A stretch of DNA of 64,000 nucleotides from Candidatus Latescibacterota bacterium (GCA_963662665.2 CAXXJS010000040.1:352001-416000), one strand, 5' to 3'; counted from the first letter of the stretch, positions 1-10,136 are shown. Notes: generated from the letters alone by a model not told the origin. Numbers and translations are program-made.

Positions 1-783
1 AAGGCCTGAATGGGTATCCACGGCGATTCCGACGTGGATCTCCTCGTGCCTGTGGATCGTTCCGTCCCTCCAGGAGGCGTTCATGTCCGGATGGCCGGCC
101 AGGGCAACGGCCGTCAGCTTAAGAAAGAGATCGTTGTACGAGAGGAAGGGAATGTCGAGTTCCGCGCGCAGCGCAACGAAATTCGTCGCATCGGCTTCAG
201 TGGAAAGCGTTACGGGCGCGGTCCCTGTGTGACTTTCGGTCAGGCGCCGAGCGATCGTCCGGCGGATGGCGCCCCCGGATGCGCAGGTTGTCCCTGCCGA
301 GGCCGCAGCCCGGACGTCGCGTTCGACAATACGCCCGTTTCGACCGCTGCCTTGCAGCGTATTGCAGTCAACATCCAGTTCCTCTGCCAGACGAAGTGCA
401 CGCGGGCTGATTGGGGGCCGGTTTTTACCGGCCCGGGTTCGTTCGGCGCGAGATCGGGATGGCGTGGATTCCCCGGCTCCCGGTTCCGCTTCCCGTTCGC
501 CTTCCGGACGGACGGGGTTCGCTACGGGAGGCTGTTCGCCAGGTCCCAGAAGGAAGGCCAGCAACGTGCCGATGGGTACGGTGTCGCCGGGTTGAGGCGA
601 ATCGGGCGGTATGTGCAAGGTACCGCTGTCGAAGGATTCAATCTCATTTATCGCTTTGTCGCTTTCAACCGTAAAGATGATTTCTCCCGCTTCAATGGTA
701 TCCCCGTCCCTTTTGAGCCATTCGACGAGGGTGCCTTCCTCCATGGTCCATCCCAGGCGGGGCATGACGATTTCAATGGGCAT
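1..783 (-). CDS. 2-oxoacid dehydrogenase E2 (dihydrolipoamide acyltransferase), 3' end runs off the window
   Basis: Not in the ORF track. The reverse complement from the ATG at 783 reads MPIEIVMPRLGWTMEEGTLVEWLKRDGD...VESDKAINEIESF, a lipoyl domain with the lipoyl-Lys in ESDKA. AGGA lies upstream and the gene follows E1 beta. Confidence 0.92.
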   Translation of the reverse strand, partial: MPIEIVMPRLGWTMEEGTLVEWLKRDGDTIEAGEIIFTVESDKAINEIESFDSGTLHIPPDSPQPGDTVPIGTLLAFLLGPGEQPPVANPVRPEGEREAEPGAGESTPSRSRAERTRAGKNRPPISPRALRLAEELDVDCNTLQGSGRNGRIVERDVRAAASAGTTCASGGAIRRTIARRLTESHTGTAPVTLSTEADATNFVALRAELDIPFLSYNDLFLKLTAVALAGHPDMNASWRDGTIHRHEEIHVGIAVDTHSGL

Positions 784-862
784 GGAGATCATCCTTGTGA
801 GAGCGACAGGAAACCAACGGAAACAAACTGAATCTCCTCAGGCCGCCGTACGGAGACGTCGG

Positions 863-1840
863 CTATTCCTCCATCAGGTCGTGGATGGCCTGCGAAATGG
901 TCTCCGGTTGAGGTATACAGGCCCCCTCGAGGGGGGCGCTGTAAGGCGTAGGCGCATGCGCGCCGTTGAGCCGACCTACCGGTGCGTCCAGATCATCGAA
1001 TGCCAGGCTCTGAACCTGAGCGGCGATTTCGGCGCCGATGCCGCATGGGCCGAATGCTTCGTCCACGATCAGCAGACGCCCTGTTTTATGTACGGATTCC
1101 AGTATGGTATCCATATCCAGCGGCGCCACGGTGCGCGGGTCGATGAGTTCCACGGAGATGCCGTCCCCCGCGAGTTCGTCGCAGAGTTTCCACGTGAGGG
1201 GGACCATATTTGCCAGCGCGATTACGGTGACGTCACCGCCCTCGCGGCGGACCTCCGCCTGCCCGAATGGAATGGCGTACGGCGTTTCTGGCACAGGACC
1301 CCGATGGTTGAGGATGGATTTGTGTTCGAGGAAGAGAACGGGATCATCGCCGTCCAGGGCAGTCTTGAACAGGCCCTTGGCGTCGTACGGTGTGGCAGGC
1401 AGGGCCACGCGGAAGCCCGGCAGGTGCGCGAAAACGGGATAGTAGTTTCCGGAATGGTGGGTGGCGGCGGCGCCTCCGATTCCAACGCAACCTCGCAGAA
1501 CAACGGGCATGGACAGGCGGCCGCTGCTCATGTATTGCATCTTGGCGATCTGGTTGACCATCTCTCCGAAGCCGTCCAGGATGAAGTCGATGAACATGAA
1601 GTCCACCACGGGCCGTGCGCCGGCCATGGCCGCGCCCGTGCAGAGCCCGATAAAGCCCCGCTCGCAAATCGGCGTATCGCACACACGCATGGGACCGTAG
1701 CGTTCGTAGAGTCCGGTGGTGGTGTTGAAGTTACCGCCGCGTTCGCCCACGCCTTCGCCCACAACGAAGATGGTCGGGTCCGCCGACATGGCATCGGACA
1801 GGGCTTCGCGCGCGGCTTCCGTAAACGTGATTTCACGCAT
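863..1840 (-). CDS. 2-oxoacid/acetoin dehydrogenase E1 beta subunit
   Basis: MREITFTEAAREAL, DTPICERGFIG, PVVDFMF and ELIDPRTVAPLD motifs; start placed at the second Met. Confidence 0.93.
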   Translation of the reverse strand: MREITFTEAAREALSDAMSADPTIFVVGEGVGERGGNFNTTTGLYERYGPMRVCDTPICERGFIGLCTGAAMAGARPVVDFMFIDFILDGFGEMVNQIAKMQYMSSGRLSMPVVLRGCVGIGGAAATHHSGNYYPVFAHLPGFRVALPATPYDAKGLFKTALDGDDPVLFLEHKSILNHRGPVPETPYAIPFGQAEVRREGGDVTVIALANMVPLTWKLCDELAGDGISVELIDPRTVAPLDMDTILESVHKTGRLLIVDEAFGPCGIGAEIAAQVQSLAFDDLDAPVGRLNGAHAPTPYSAPLEGACIPQPETISQAIHDLMEE

Positions 1841-2822
1841 GGTTCGCATCCTGTCCGCTGAAGACGTGGTCCGTTACCGTGGCCGGATCCGGCCACGGGC
1901 TCTCCCTGGCGAACTCGACGCCCTCTTCGACGGCGGATCGGACCTCGCTTTCGATTCCGTCGAGTACCTCCCGGCCGGCCATGCCGCCGCCCATCAGTTT
2001 TTCGGCCAGCAATGCGATGGGGTCCCTGGCCCTCCAGGCCTCGAGTTCTTCCCTCGTGCGGTAACCGGTATCCCGCATCCCCTCGGCATGGGGGCGGGTG
2101 CGGTAGGTCTTGCAGTCCAGCAGCGTGGGGCCGCCGCCTTCCCTGGCGCGAAGGACGGCGTCGCCGGCTTTTTCATAGACGTCGAGGACGTCGTTTCCGT
2201 CAACCGTAACGCCGGTTACGCCATAGCCTTCCGCGCGCAGGGCGATATTCGTATTTCGGGTTGCGTACTCAAAGGCGATTTCGGTGGCGTACCGGTTGTC
2301 TTCAAGGACAAAGACAACGGGCAGTTGCCAGATGGCGGCCATGTTCAGACCTTCATGGAAAGCACCGTTGTTGACGCCCCCGTCGCCAAAGAAAGCCACG
2401 CTCACCCGATCGGTTTCGAGCAATTTGAATGTATAGGCGGCGCCGGCGGCCTGAAGGATGCAGGGGCCCACAATGCCGCTGGTGCCCATCAGCCCGATTT
2501 CGGGGGAGAAAAGGTGCATGCTGCCGCCCCGCCCCCGCGCGCACCCCGTGGACTTGCCGAAGAGTTCTGCGATGAGTTCGCGTACGGGCACGCCTTTGGC
2601 GAGCGCATGGCCGTGGCCCCGATGGGTACTGAAAATCGTGTCGTCCGTACGCAAATGGGCGCAGACGCCCGCCGCGATGGCCTCCTCGCCCACGTACGTG
2701 TGGCAGGCGCCGGGGATGAGTCCGGCCTGGTACGACCTGGCAATCTGCTCCTCGGCGAGTCGGATCGTGAGCATCTGCCGGTAAAGGGAAAGGAGTTGTC
2801 CGGTTCTGGTCTCGTCTGGCAT
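1833..2822 (-). CDS. TPP-dependent dehydrogenase E1 alpha subunit (AcoA/PdhA-like)
   Basis: STHRGHGH, GRGGSMH, TPP motif GDGGVNNGAFHEGLN, TYRTRPHAE. Confidence 0.93.
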   Translation of the reverse strand: MPDETRTGQLLSLYRQMLTIRLAEEQIARSYQAGLIPGACHTYVGEEAIAAGVCAHLRTDDTIFSTHRGHGHALAKGVPVRELIAELFGKSTGCARGRGGSMHLFSPEIGLMGTSGIVGPCILQAAGAAYTFKLLETDRVSVAFFGDGGVNNGAFHEGLNMAAIWQLPVVFVLEDNRYATEIAFEYATRNTNIALRAEGYGVTGVTVDGNDVLDVYEKAGDAVLRAREGGGPTLLDCKTYRTRPHAEGMRDTGYRTREELEAWRARDPIALLAEKLMGGGMAGREVLDGIESEVRSAVEEGVEFARESPWPDPATVTDHVFSGQDANHA

Positions 2823-2868
2823 GGGGTCCCTCTGACAGGTCTGGAGGCGCTACGGGAATCGATCCCGC

Positions 2869-3681
2869 CTATCCGCTGGCGATCGGGCCTCCCGGATAGG
2901 TGCCGCCCGCGTTCATCGCCAGGTTGCCGCCGTCCATCGGCAACAACACGCCGGTGACCCACGCAGAGGCATCCGAGGCCAGAAAGATGGCAACGCCTAC
3001 GATATCCCGCGGCTCGCCGAATCGGCCGGCGGGTATGCCGCCCAGCCAGGTATCGGCCATTCTGGGCTCGGCCCGCAGGCGTTTTTCCAGGAAATCGTTC
3101 ATGACCTGCGCGGGCAGAATAGCGTTCACGCGAACGCCGCGGCCGCTCCATTCCGTGCTGAGTTCCCTCGTCATCTGGGCGACGGCGCCCATGCCGATGC
3201 TATAGGCGACGTGCCCGCGGCCGATAGCGGAAATACTGGCGAGGGAGCCGATATTGATAATGCTGCCCTTGCCCGCGGCGAGCATGCGCCTCCCGCCTTC
3301 CTGGCAGCAGCAGAAGCGGCCGATCACCAGGGATTGCAGGCTCTGCTGGAGCTCGTCAAGGGTGAGATCCTCCGGTTTTTTCACCATGGTCCCACCGGCT
3401 ACGTTGCCCAGGACGTGAATGCGGCCGAATTCCCTGTCGAGGCGCTGGAACAGCCCGCGGACCTGGTCCGTATCGGAAACGTCGCACCGTACGGGGATGG
3501 CGCGGCGTCCCAGCGTTTCGATCTCGTGGGCGGTTTCCTGCGCCCCCGGTTCGTCGACGTCGGCCAGCATGAGGTCCGCGCCGGCTTCCGCAAAGCCGAC
3601 GGCCATGGCCTTGCCCATTCCCCTTGCCGCGCCCGAGACGAGCGCGACGCGGTCCGTCAGGTCGAAGATTGGATGAGACAT
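2869..3681 (-). CDS. SDR family NAD(P)-dependent oxidoreductase
   Basis: VALVSGAARGMG Rossmann motif, VRVNAILP, WVTGVLLPMDGG. The catalytic YxxxK reads YSIGM. Confidence 0.88.
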   Translation of the reverse strand: MSHPIFDLTDRVALVSGAARGMGKAMAVGFAEAGADLMLADVDEPGAQETAHEIETLGRRAIPVRCDVSDTDQVRGLFQRLDREFGRIHVLGNVAGGTMVKKPEDLTLDELQQSLQSLVIGRFCCCQEGGRRMLAAGKGSIINIGSLASISAIGRGHVAYSIGMGAVAQMTRELSTEWSGRGVRVNAILPAQVMNDFLEKRLRAEPRMADTWLGGIPAGRFGEPRDIVGVAIFLASDASAWVTGVLLPMDGGNLAMNAGGTYPGGPIASG

Positions 3682-3743
3682 GGTCGATCTCCGTAAATAT
3701 ATAGGGAACAGGCGCTTACTGTTCAGATGCTGATGTTGATCCG

Positions 3744-4109
3744 CTATTCGCCCAGGTATGCGACTGCGTCGATCTCGACGAGGATCCTTTTGAACATATC
3801 TCCGGCGCCGACCAGCCGCCTGGTAGGCATGCGGTGCTTGTTGTTGAAATACCGCATGTAGGTGCGATTGAAATCGTCGCGGTCGCCCATGTCCAGGAGG
3901 AAGACGTTGACGCGTACAACGTCGTCGAAGGTGGCGCCCTCACTTTCCAGAACATGCTTCATGTTGTCCATCGTGAAGATGGTCTGTTCCTCGATGTTCC
4001 CACCTACGACCTCGCCGCCGTCGACAGGGCCGAAGCCGGAAAGATACAGCGTATCGCCGGCGCGGCGGGCCATGGAATAGAAGGGTTCGGGACTCACCTG
4101 TCTGGCCAT
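3744..4109 (-). CDS. RidA/YjgF family enamine/imine deaminase
   Basis: YSMARRAGDTLYLSG, DDVVRVNVFLLDM, PTR (conserved Arg), LVEIDAVAY. Confidence 0.9.
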   Translation of the reverse strand: MARQVSPEPFYSMARRAGDTLYLSGFGPVDGGEVVGGNIEEQTIFTMDNMKHVLESEGATFDDVVRVNVFLLDMGDRDDFNRTYMRYFNNKHRMPTRRLVGAGDMFKRILVEIDAVAYLGE

Positions 4110-4211
4110 GAGATCTATCTCCTGAATTGATTTGTCTGACGCCGAGGTGATGCCAGAAGCGGCGCGGGTTTTACGTTTGCGGCGGGCATTGAGATCCGGA
4201 TACCGGCCCGG

Positions 4212-5309
4212 TCAATTCCAAGCGTGCAGCGCCTTGTCCTTTCGATGATCGAACAACGCGGGTTCGTGTTCCTTCAGCGGGAGGCGCGGGCGAACGCCGG
4301 TGTTGACGACGTTGTCCGGATGGGGCCAGCATCCGTTGAGTATGGAGACGAGGTTCTCCACGCCCGTCGTCGCCACCTCCTGGCTGGCCTGGACGGAGAG
4401 ACCGGAGATGTGCGGCGTCAGAATGACGTTGTCGAGCCTTGTCAGCGCATGGTCCGGCGGAGACTCCTGTTCTCCGAAGATTTCAATGTCTTCGAAGGTG
4501 TCCAGGGCGGCGCCCGCCAGGTGACCGCGATCGAGCAGCCCGGCGAGCGCAGCTTCGTCCGTGATGGCGCCTCGGCAGGTATTGATCAAATAGGAACCGG
4601 GTTTCATTTTCTTCAGGTTCGATTCGTCCAGCAGACGATGGGTATCGGGCGCGAGCGGCAGGTGCAGAGAGACAAAGTCCGACGTTCTCAAGAGCGTGTC
4701 CAGATCCACCATTCGGACCCCCAGGGCATCGGCCTCTTCCCTCGGCGCTTGCCGATTCTTTCGGGTGGCCAGGATATTGAGGCCAAATGGTCTTGCTCGT
4801 TCTACAACGGCCTTCGCAGAGGCGCCGAATCCGATCAGTCCCAGCGTGAGGCCCGATACGCGCTGAAGCCGGAGTCCCTCGTCCCTCGCCTGCTGGTAAG
4901 CGCCTCTACAGAAATGCTTCGACATTTTCGGGATCTGCCTGGCGAGGGAGAGCAGTGAGGCCATCACGTGATCGGCCATTTCCTCGTTGCAGAAGGAAGG
5001 GACATTTGAGACGATAATACCCTCTTCGGCGGCGGTCTTGACGTCGATCTTGTCCGTGCCGTTGCCCAGCCGGGAGATGATCCGGCATTTGGACAGGCTC
5101 TTGATGACCGGTCCGGGAAGCGACGCTGAGACAACGGCAAGCGCGTCACAATCCGCGACGCAAGCAATGATATCGTCAGGTTCGTACGCGTCCACCGGAA
5201 TGGGCGTAATGCCGTAATGCCTATAGAGCGCCGCCTCAGTCGGATTAATCGGAATGACCTCGGCATTGAGGCGGGCGAATCGGACGTGTCCAAAATCGGT
5301 CCTGGGCAT
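4212..5309 (-). CDS. D-isomer-specific 2-hydroxyacid dehydrogenase (CtBP/SerA-like)
   Basis: GLIGFGASA, SDFVSLHLPL, INTCRG, ILTPHISG. Start moved to MPRTDFG because the longer ORF overlaps vapC. Confidence 0.88.
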   Translation of the reverse strand: MPRTDFGHVRFARLNAEVIPINPTEAALYRHYGITPIPVDAYEPDDIIACVADCDALAVVSASLPGPVIKSLSKCRIISRLGNGTDKIDVKTAAEEGIIVSNVPSFCNEEMADHVMASLLSLARQIPKMSKHFCRGAYQQARDEGLRLQRVSGLTLGLIGFGASAKAVVERARPFGLNILATRKNRQAPREEADALGVRMVDLDTLLRTSDFVSLHLPLAPDTHRLLDESNLKKMKPGSYLINTCRGAITDEAALAGLLDRGHLAGAALDTFEDIEIFGEQESPPDHALTRLDNVILTPHISGLSVQASQEVATTGVENLVSILNGCWPHPDNVVNTGVRPRLPLKEHEPALFDHRKDKALHAWN

Positions 5310-5380
5310 TGGGTAAATTGCGGCAAATGGTCCGCATCCGCGTGACAGCGGTTGCGGCCTGATGTTATTTCTTGAACGGA

Positions 5381-5827
5381 TCAGCTTCCCGTCCGGTCGT
5401 CCCGGTCTCCCTGTTTCCCTTGCAGCGCCGGCGCCTCCGGTGCAAGCAGAAGCAATCCCGATACCGACGCAAAGTGGCGATCCATCGAAACCAGCCGCAA
5501 ACCGTGCTCCATGGCCTGCGCCGCAATCCAGATATCGTTCGTAGGGATTGGGGTTCCGGCGCGCCTCATACCGTTGAGGATCTCGGCATAGAACTCGGCA
5601 GTCTCCTCGCTGACGGCGCATATCTGCACGCGTGGCGTATCCAGAAATTCGGCCAGTTCATCGCGGTTCTTGCGCTCCCGGACCCCGCCTTTGAAGCCCG
5701 ATAGAAGCTCTCCGATACTGATCGAACTCATCACGATTCGCGAAGCTCGCCGAAGCAGCGACACAACCGCCGGATCTGCGCGCATGGCGAGCGAGTAGAT
5801 ATTGGTATCGATCAGGTACTCGTTCAC
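5381..5827 (-). CDS. vapC: PIN-domain (VapC) toxin
   Basis: YLIDTNI, SIGELLSG, PIPTNDIWIAAQA, LVSMDRHF; the GTG start overlaps the antitoxin stop (GTGA). Confidence 0.92.
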   Translation of the reverse strand: MNEYLIDTNIYSLAMRADPAVVSLLRRASRIVMSSISIGELLSGFKGGVRERKNRDELAEFLDTPRVQICAVSEETAEFYAEILNGMRRAGTPIPTNDIWIAAQAMEHGLRLVSMDRHFASVSGLLLLAPEAPALQGKQGDRDDRTGS

Positions 5828-6075
5828 TGCCACAGTTCCGAATCAATGCGCCGCTCGGAGTCGATCTTCCCTTGGATTCGCGCAAACTCATCCTTGTCCC
5901 AACGTCCGAACAGATGATCCAGGTCGTGATGGATCTCGGTGAACCGGCGTGATTTGTCCAATCCGAACTGTTGTCGCAATGCGTCCAGTACCGTCTGATT
6001 CATGCTCTTTCCTTCCCGCTTCGCCACCTCCCTCAACTTGGCGGCAAGCTCGGGATCCAACCCACGCAGGGTCAT
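5824..6075 (-). CDS. Antitoxin, FitA/VapB-like ribbon-helix-helix protein
   Basis: MTLRGLDPELAAKLREVAKREGKSMNQTVLDAL is RHH-like; translationally coupled to the PIN toxin. Confidence 0.85.
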   Translation of the reverse strand: MTLRGLDPELAAKLREVAKREGKSMNQTVLDALRQQFGLDKSRRFTEIHHDLDHLFGRWDKDEFARIQGKIDSERRIDSELWQ

Positions 6076-6147
6076 GCTCTTCAGATCATCCGCCAGGGCG
6101 CACTCCCTTCTTTAAATGCAATCAATATATGATATCAACATGATACT

Positions 6148-6176
6148 ATCATATGAGATCATAGGCGAAAAATCAA
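6148..6176 (-). promoter_or_regulatory. Sigma70-type promoter of vapBC
   Basis: On the minus strand: TTGATT, 17 nt spacer, TATGAT, in an AT-rich patch with TGATA repeats. Confidence 0.6.
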
Positions 6177-6263
6177 GGCTTGGTCCTCCTGCCGCATTTG
6201 AGGCAACCCACGTCGAGGAAATCCGGACCGCATTCCACGGCTCCATGGACTAGAACCCTCTAT

Positions 6264-7325
6264 TCACCGGATCCGGCCACGCGCGTGCACCGGCCACGTC
6301 GCTTCCACCATTCCGTTGCGCGCGGCGACCATGACGTCATGTTCGTTGACGCAGGGACAGGGGTGAACGGGAAGCACCTGCACGCGCTCGCCGATTTCCG
6401 GTTTGACCGCGCATCGGGATATGTCCACGTGGCCGTGCTCTTCGGAAGCGATCCCGATCAGCGCGTCGGGATATTCGACAATATGACCCATACATTCGCC
6501 CCGGTCCGTCTTGTAGATCGACGCACTCAGCGCTTTGCTGCCCGCGTCCAGGAACATACGGTCTTCGGTGGGCCTGCTCACGACGGTCGTGATCACGCGA
6601 AGCGCGCACTGCTCCACTGTGTGTCGGCCTTCGGCAAGGTGCATGGCGCCCCCGACCGGGTATTCGCCGGCGCGGTATTCCGTGAGTTCAGGAATCTCGT
6701 GCGCGTCCAGCGCATGAGGGGTGCCGCCACCGCTTACAACGTCGCGCGGAAGGCCGGCCCGGTCGAACAGGTCAATGGTCTCCTGAATGAGCGGTCTGGA
6801 ACCGGGCGGCGTGGGAAAGCCCATGAATCCCCTGAGTTCCAGGCCCGGAAGATCGTGGACGAGTTTCGCGAGCTCGGCGGCCTCCCCCGGAGTGGGAACG
6901 CCCGTGCGTTCAAATCCCATTTCCACTTCGATAAGTATGCCGATGGAAACGCCTTCGGAAGCGGCGGCGCGAGAGAGCCCCCTGACGGTGAAATCGGAGT
7001 CGGGTGCGAGGGTTATCGGCAGTTGTTTTGCCAGGGCCGTAAGCCGGTCGAGTTTCTGTGCGCCCATGATGTTATAGGGAATGAGCAGGTCGGTGTGGAT
7101 GCCTCCCGCCGCCAGGACTTCGGCTTCGCCGAGCTTCTGACACGTCAGGCCTATCGCGCCATGCTTCAGCTGCATCTGGGCGACCGCCAGGGTCTTGTGA
7201 GTCTTGATATGTGGACGGAAGCCGATACCGCGTTTTCTGAAATAGCGGTGGTATCGATCCAGGTTCTCTTCAAGCGCGTCCAGATTGACAACAAGGACAG
7301 GCGTATCCAGTTCGTCGATGCGCAT
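6264..7325 (-). CDS. D-threonine aldolase / D-serine dehydratase (DSD1) family PLP enzyme
   Basis: LDTPVLVV, RPHIKTHK (PLP Lys), SGGGTP, LDAGSKALS, SEEHG, HPCP metal ligands. Confidence 0.88.
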   Translation of the reverse strand: MRIDELDTPVLVVNLDALEENLDRYHRYFRKRGIGFRPHIKTHKTLAVAQMQLKHGAIGLTCQKLGEAEVLAAGGIHTDLLIPYNIMGAQKLDRLTALAKQLPITLAPDSDFTVRGLSRAAASEGVSIGILIEVEMGFERTGVPTPGEAAELAKLVHDLPGLELRGFMGFPTPPGSRPLIQETIDLFDRAGLPRDVVSGGGTPHALDAHEIPELTEYRAGEYPVGGAMHLAEGRHTVEQCALRVITTVVSRPTEDRMFLDAGSKALSASIYKTDRGECMGHIVEYPDALIGIASEEHGHVDISRCAVKPEIGERVQVLPVHPCPCVNEHDVMVAARNGMVEATWPVHARGRIR

Positions 7326-7673
7326 GCAGTGCTCCTTCGCTGGGCGTCGTCCGGTTGATTGCAGTGTCATTAAATAGCCCGGACAACGGCGCAGGTCAAG
7401 GAATTTCGCAAGCGGAGTCCGCGGGAACGCTTTTCGCTTGACATGCGGGGTCCGAGGCCCAAAGTTTAGTGTATTGAATTGAACTCATAAGCCTGCCGAT
7501 CCGGGAAATGCAATCTGGAATCCGTCGCGTGAAACATGTATAGAAGACCGACCGGGTTTTGGGCGATTTTTGGTCATTGACCCGATACGGCGGGTTGGAT
7601 GGCTTTGGAAACAGCGGGTCCTGCTGTGGACTCCATGCGCAAATAAACGAACACCGGTTCACGGAGACAGGTT

Positions 7674-10136
7674 ATGAAAAACCTCATTTGGAAACGTAGC
7701 CCGCGCTGTCCGGTTCGCCTGTGTGTCTGGTTGTGGGCTCTGACTGTTTCGTCGGCGTCGCAGATACCGGCGAGTGAGCCGATAGGGAGTTCAATCCGGC
7801 CGGCGGCGCGAGATTCCCTGGTTTCTGCGTCCGAACGGCACCTGCATTCGGGAGCTTTCCAGGATGCGGCGGAAATCCTCGGGCGGCTTGTCGCGGCATT
7901 TCCGGACGATGCCAACCTCCGGACGCGCCACGGGTACACTTTGCTGAAAACGAATGATTTCAAGGCCGCCATACAGGCCTTTGAAGCCTCCAAAACGCTG
8001 GACCCGGACCGTCCGGACGTCTACGTGGGCCTCGGACTCGCAAAATTGAGAAATTCGGGAAAGGGACTGGAAGCGTTTTTCAACTTTCGTCAGGCAGTCG
8101 GCGAAGCCATGTCCGCCATTGAGATCAACGCCGCTTACGGTCCGGCCTATCGGCTTCTCGGGGAGGCCTACGGACGATTTGAAGAAGACCACGAAAAGGC
8201 CCTGGGCTATTACACGACCTACATCGAACTGGAACCCGACAACCCCGAAGGACGCTACGAATTCGGACTATCGCTGGTCCAGCTCGGGCAGTTCGACAAG
8301 ATCGACGAATACATTACCCCCTTTATCGAAACGCACCCGTCGAAGACCCGGCTGCTTCCACTGGCCGGGCAGGCGCATTTCTACCTGGAACGGTTCGGCC
8401 GGGCCCTGGAGCTCTTCGAGCGGTACCTGCAGACGCTGGACCCCGCCGAGCGCGGCCTCTATACAGACATCTCACTCATCGCCTCCGCGGAGGAACTCGA
8501 AGCATACCGGTCCGCCACAGGGGAGGAAAGGGCAACCTTCCTCAACAGGTTCTGGCTAAAAAGGGATTCCGATATCCTGACCGCAATCAATGAACGGGTC
8601 ATTGAGCACTATCGCCGCGTCTGGTACGCCCGGACGTTCTTCGCCACGGGCGCCAACCCATGGGACAAACGCGGTGTGGTCTACATACGCTACGGAGAAC
8701 CCGATTACCGGTCCCGGTCCACGCGCAGGCAGTTTGTGCAGAATCCCAGGGTCCAGGCCGTACGGGACCGGATGGCAGTCGCCCTCTACGGCGACGAGGC
8801 CGCGTTGCTGACATTTACGGGACCCGTATTTCCGGTGCGAGCGAATCGCAGCCACCTGGAGGCCACGCTCTTCGACCGGGAGGAGAACCGGGATGCACCC
8901 GGCATGACAACGGCTGAAGACGAAATGGCCGTTGACGCCTCCCAGGTGTCGGCACAGGCGGAGCGCGAAACTAACCCCCTGGAGACGATCCGGGAAGACA
9001 GTCGTTTCGACGAGTTCGGGAATCTGAATACCCGGCTCAATTTCGGCGGGTACGCCCCGATTACGCTGGACAACGAGGTCGGAACCGTGCCATGGGAAAC
9101 CTGGACGTATACGCGTATCGGAAACGGCATGGAAATTACTTTTACGGACGAAAGGGGAACAGGGGCTTTCGACTTTGCGCCGATCCCGCCTCCATCGCTG
9201 GATACGGACGTTACCCGGATGTCCCGCTTCACGGAATACGCCCCGGGCGTCGTTTTTCGAAACGCGGTCTCCCGCATGCCCGACGTCTACCGTCCCAGAT
9301 TTCACCATCCCCCGTTGGACTTCTACTTCGACCTGGCCAGTTTCCGGGCGCCTGAGGGGGGGACCACATTGGAGGTCTACTATGGGATACCCGCCACACA
9401 GGTGAAGGTCGCCCGCAGGCGCGACGTCTCATATATCCAGATCAAATGCGCGATGGCCCTGGCCAACGCGGACTACAGCAAGATTCACCGGACGGATTCC
9501 AGCCGCGCCTATCGCGTCGCGAGCGACTACAGAGGATCCCACAAAGCATTCATGCCGGAGTTGCTCAAACTACAGGTTCCGCCGGGGAAATACGACCTTC
9601 AGGTTCAGATAAAGGATCTGCTTTCCGGCCATACCGGAATATACAGGCAGTCGGTGGAAGTGAAGGAATATCCCGAGGATCGGCTGCGGATCAGCGACAT
9701 ACAACTTGCCGCCACAATCGGCGAAACGAAGCTGCAGGAGCGATTCAAAAAGGGCGAAGTGTGGGTTGTGCCCATGCCAACCCGGAACTACAGGGGAGCC
9801 CAGCAGGTATACGCATACTACGAGATCTACAACTTGAAGAAGGACCGGTTCGGGCAGACGCGTTTCAAGGTAAAATACGTGGTGCGATACGTTTCGAAAC
9901 CCATCCGCGGGGCGCTCGGATCGGTCGCATCCGGTCTCCGCTCGCTTTTCAGGAGCAAGAGACCCCAGGTTTCGGTTTCGTACGAACACGAGGGGACCGA
10001 TCCGAACGAACAGGGTTACTTGGAAATCGATCTGGGAAAGGTCAAACACGGGGTGAATGTCCTTGAGGTGAATATTAAAGATCTTGTCAGCGGAAAGAGT
10101 GAGGACCGCGAAATTCGCTTTCAGTACGGTGGTTGA
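7674..10136 (+). CDS. GWxTD-domain TPR-repeat protein, probably exported
   Basis: Signal-like N-terminus and TPR-like helical repeats; FWLKRD...NERVIEHYRRVWYA...PWDKRGVVYIRYGEPD matches the GWxTD domain; beta-rich C-terminus. Confidence 0.85.
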   Translation: MKNLIWKRSPRCPVRLCVWLWALTVSSASQIPASEPIGSSIRPAARDSLVSASERHLHSGAFQDAAEILGRLVAAFPDDANLRTRHGYTLLKTNDFKAAIQAFEASKTLDPDRPDVYVGLGLAKLRNSGKGLEAFFNFRQAVGEAMSAIEINAAYGPAYRLLGEAYGRFEEDHEKALGYYTTYIELEPDNPEGRYEFGLSLVQLGQFDKIDEYITPFIETHPSKTRLLPLAGQAHFYLERFGRALELFERYLQTLDPAERGLYTDISLIASAEELEAYRSATGEERATFLNRFWLKRDSDILTAINERVIEHYRRVWYARTFFATGANPWDKRGVVYIRYGEPDYRSRSTRRQFVQNPRVQAVRDRMAVALYGDEAALLTFTGPVFPVRANRSHLEATLFDREENRDAPGMTTAEDEMAVDASQVSAQAERETNPLETIREDSRFDEFGNLNTRLNFGGYAPITLDNEVGTVPWETWTYTRIGNGMEITFTDERGTGAFDFAPIPPPSLDTDVTRMSRFTEYAPGVVFRNAVSRMPDVYRPRFHHPPLDFYFDLASFRAPEGGTTLEVYYGIPATQVKVARRRDVSYIQIKCAMALANADYSKIHRTDSSRAYRVASDYRGSHKAFMPELLKLQVPPGKYDLQVQIKDLLSGHTGIYRQSVEVKEYPEDRLRISDIQLAATIGETKLQERFKKGEVWVVPMPTRNYRGAQQVYAYYEIYNLKKDRFGQTRFKVKYVVRYVSKPIRGALGSVASGLRSLFRSKRPQVSVSYEHEGTDPNEQGYLEIDLGKVKHGVNVLEVNIKDLVSGKSEDREIRFQYGG

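Noticed and set aside
10-2957. Long plus-strand ORFs (10-831, 611-1861, 1716-2957)
   Set aside because: Antisense shadows of the minus-strand E2/E1 genes with no recognisable motifs; such shadows are common in GC-rich DNA.
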